Made by a program: the position numbers and the translations under genes
The notes under the pieces: generated by a model
Database searches by the model: none
What the model saw: the letters and a program-made list of their open reading frames with translations, nothing else
What the model was told of the DNA's origin: nothing
Source of the DNA: a virus
Virus record (IMG/VR): IMGVR_UViG_3300049434_000014
Span: 64,001 to 128,000 of that record
Reading direction: 5' to 3' (one strand)
DNA: 64,000 nucleotides
In this document: positions 62,388 through 64,000 of the stretch, in pieces
Layout: each line of letters opens with the position of its first letter
Numbering within the stretch: position 1 is the first letter of the stretch

Positions 62388-63065
62388 GTGAATCAGACAG
62401 TAATGCCCCCTACTGTTGTGTCCTTTCCAGATGTGATCAGTTCCGAGACTGATCGTCTCGATCCCGTTCCTGAGTTCGCCACTTTGGAGTCAGGGACTCG
62501 GGTGCGTGTCTTGTCTTTGAAGATGCGTCAGTTGTTTCGACTGCTGCGAATTGTGACACGAGGTGGTGCGCAGTATCTGCCGTTGCTTCGCGATGCGCTA
62601 CTGACGTCAGATGAGAATTCAGCCGAGGCTTTCGGTACTCAGCTGTTAGCTATTGCGTTGATCGCATTGCCTGAAGCTGAAGACGAGGCTGTGCAGTTTG
62701 TGCAGTCTGTTGTCGAGCCTGCTGATCTGCACATTCGTAATGACAAGCAGAGTCGTGAGCTTAACGAGCAGCTTCGCATTGCTCTCGATGCTGAGCTGGA
62801 CAATCCTGATCTCAACGATTTGGTCACCATTCTCGAGACTGTGATTAATCGTGAGAAGGATGATTTGGTCGCTTTGGGGAAACGCCTAGGGGCGATGTTC
62901 AATCTCGCCCTCAAGACCGGCCAGGTTCCCGACGTTCCGACCCCCCAGGGATCTTCCGAGCAGACCCCACCGTCGCAGGAGCATTCGCCCGTTCCTGCGA
63001 TCTCATCTCCTCAGAGTACGGGTGGACTGACGACATCGTCCTCGACCTCACCGTCTGCCGGGTAA
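62388..63065 (+). CDS. Tail assembly chaperone (G)
   Basis: Between major tail and tape measure; contains G GGG AAA slippery site. Confidence 0.8.
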   Translation: MNQTVMPPTVVSFPDVISSETDRLDPVPEFATLESGTRVRVLSLKMRQLFRLLRIVTRGGAQYLPLLRDALLTSDENSAEAFGTQLLAIALIALPEAEDEAVQFVQSVVEPADLHIRNDKQSRELNEQLRIALDAELDNPDLNDLVTILETVINREKDDLVALGKRLGAMFNLALKTGQVPDVPTPQGSSEQTPPSQEHSPVPAISSPQSTGGLTTSSSTSPSAG

Positions 63066-63355
63066 GGCAGGTGGTTGAGGTCATTCGCGAGCGCGTTTCT
63101 TTATTTGATGCTCGGTCACGTGCTTATGTCGAATGGCAGACTAAGGTCCTAGCAGGATTCATTGCGTCTACTGCTCAGACTGAGGATGGCGCACGGAAAT
63201 TGCACAAGGCAGCGGAGGGGCTGTCTATGTTGCCTTCTGATGATACTGCACCTGTTGAAGATCCATCTAAGCCCGCAGGTCCAATACCGGCTGAGGCTCG
63301 GGTTGGTTCCTTCGAGAAGTTGAGCGGATTTTTCGGAGGCGCGCTGGCGCACTAG
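62876..63355 (+). CDS. -1 frameshift extension of the tail assembly chaperone (GT)
   Basis: -1 frame is open from GGGGAAA (62876-62882) through EYGWTDDIVLDLT into ORF 63071-63355. Confidence 0.75.
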   Translation, partial: GETPRGDVQSRPQDRPGSRRSDPPGIFRADPTVAGAFARSCDLISSEYGWTDDIVLDLTVCRVRQVVEVIRERVSLFDARSRAYVEWQTKVLAGFIASTAQTEDGARKLHKAAEGLSMLPSDDTAPVEDPSKPAGPIPAEARVGSFEKLSGFFGGALAH

Positions 63356-63401
63356 TGATTGACGTGAATGTGTGCTCAGCGTACGAAGTGGGGTGAATTA
63401 G

Positions 63402-64000
63402 GTGCCGTCGTCTACAGCGGTGTTCCGTGCGGTTGCCGATTTCGCTTCATTGAATCGGGAGCTTCGCAAGACTCGTGTTGAGATGGAGTTGCTCAAACGC
63501 GAGTCTGCGGATGGGTCTTCATTTAAGGCTTTCGATTCGGCTTTGAACAAGACGGCTGCAGCTCAGACGAAGCTTCAGACTAATACGAAGAACCTCACAA
63601 AAGAACGTAAGGCTCTCGCGACTGCCGAGAGGTCACTTACAGGATCTATTGACAAGACTTCACGGTCTCAAAAGGATGCTGGGACTTCTGCGAAGTCTTA
63701 TGAGAAGTCTGCTAGTTCTGCTGAGAATGCTATTCGTAAGCTGCATGAGACGCAGCAGAAAGCTCGGCAGTCTACTGACTCACTGACGACTGCGAGAGGT
63801 AAAGCGGGCGCGGCTGCTAGTGATGCAGCATCTCATCTTTCCGCACTCTCCAAGGCTGAGTCTGATGCTGTTGATTCTGCCAAACGACATACGACTGCTC
63901 TTAAAGATGAGAAGACTGCTGCTCAGTCGAAGTTGGGAATCCTGCAGAAGCTGGCTTCCGGGTTAGCCAGTCTTGCGGATAACGAGAATGCAGCTTCCGG
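63402..64000 (+). CDS. Tape measure protein (N-terminus, runs off the window)
   Basis: GTG start, MPSSTAVFRAVADFASLNRELRK..., Ala/Lys/Ser-rich helical, open to the window end. Confidence 0.85.
   Translation, partial: MPSSTAVFRAVADFASLNRELRKTRVEMELLKRESADGSSFKAFDSALNKTAAAQTKLQTNTKNLTKERKALATAERSLTGSIDKTSRSQKDAGTSAKSYEKSASSAENAIRKLHETQQKARQSTDSLTTARGKAGAAASDAASHLSALSKAESDAVDSAKRHTTALKDEKTAAQSKLGILQKLASGLASLADNENAAS

Noticed and set aside
1-64000. Integrase, transposase or host flanking DNA (prophage boundary)
   Set aside because: None recognisable; gene content and strand bias are phage-like across the whole window

Overview
A 64-kb slice of a large, tailed (siphovirus-like) actinobacteriophage. 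Essentially all real genes are on the + strand, which is G/T-rich. Order: end of the tail-fibre module (1-3045); a block of small genes, many behind copies of a GTAAC-N17-CGATA promoter motif (3.1-9.3 kb); about 30 kb of small accessory genes (class-V aminotransferase/cysteine-desulfurase-like enzyme, RNA ligase, WhiB, SPFH protein, MetE-fold protein, two exoribonucleases, Rad50/SbcC-like fragment); a tRNA/ncRNA cluster (31.4-33.8 kb) with several tRNA-like genes that have abnormal anticodon arms; DnaX; endolysin; and the head-tail module from terminase to the start of the tape measure. The outstanding feature is a stand-alone Cas7/RAMP-like gene (42228-42986) together with six clear (plus one degenerate) dispersed non-coding arrays. 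They are not CRISPR repeat-spacer arrays. Each unit is a (C/T)GAC delimiter followed by about 5-8 pentamers with a fixed C at every fifth base (NNN[Y]C) and otherwise unique sequence, roughly 50 units in all. This looks like a phage-encoded RNA-guided system whose guides use a 5-nt periodic, non-contiguous code. All calls are from reading the sequence by eye; no database searches were run.
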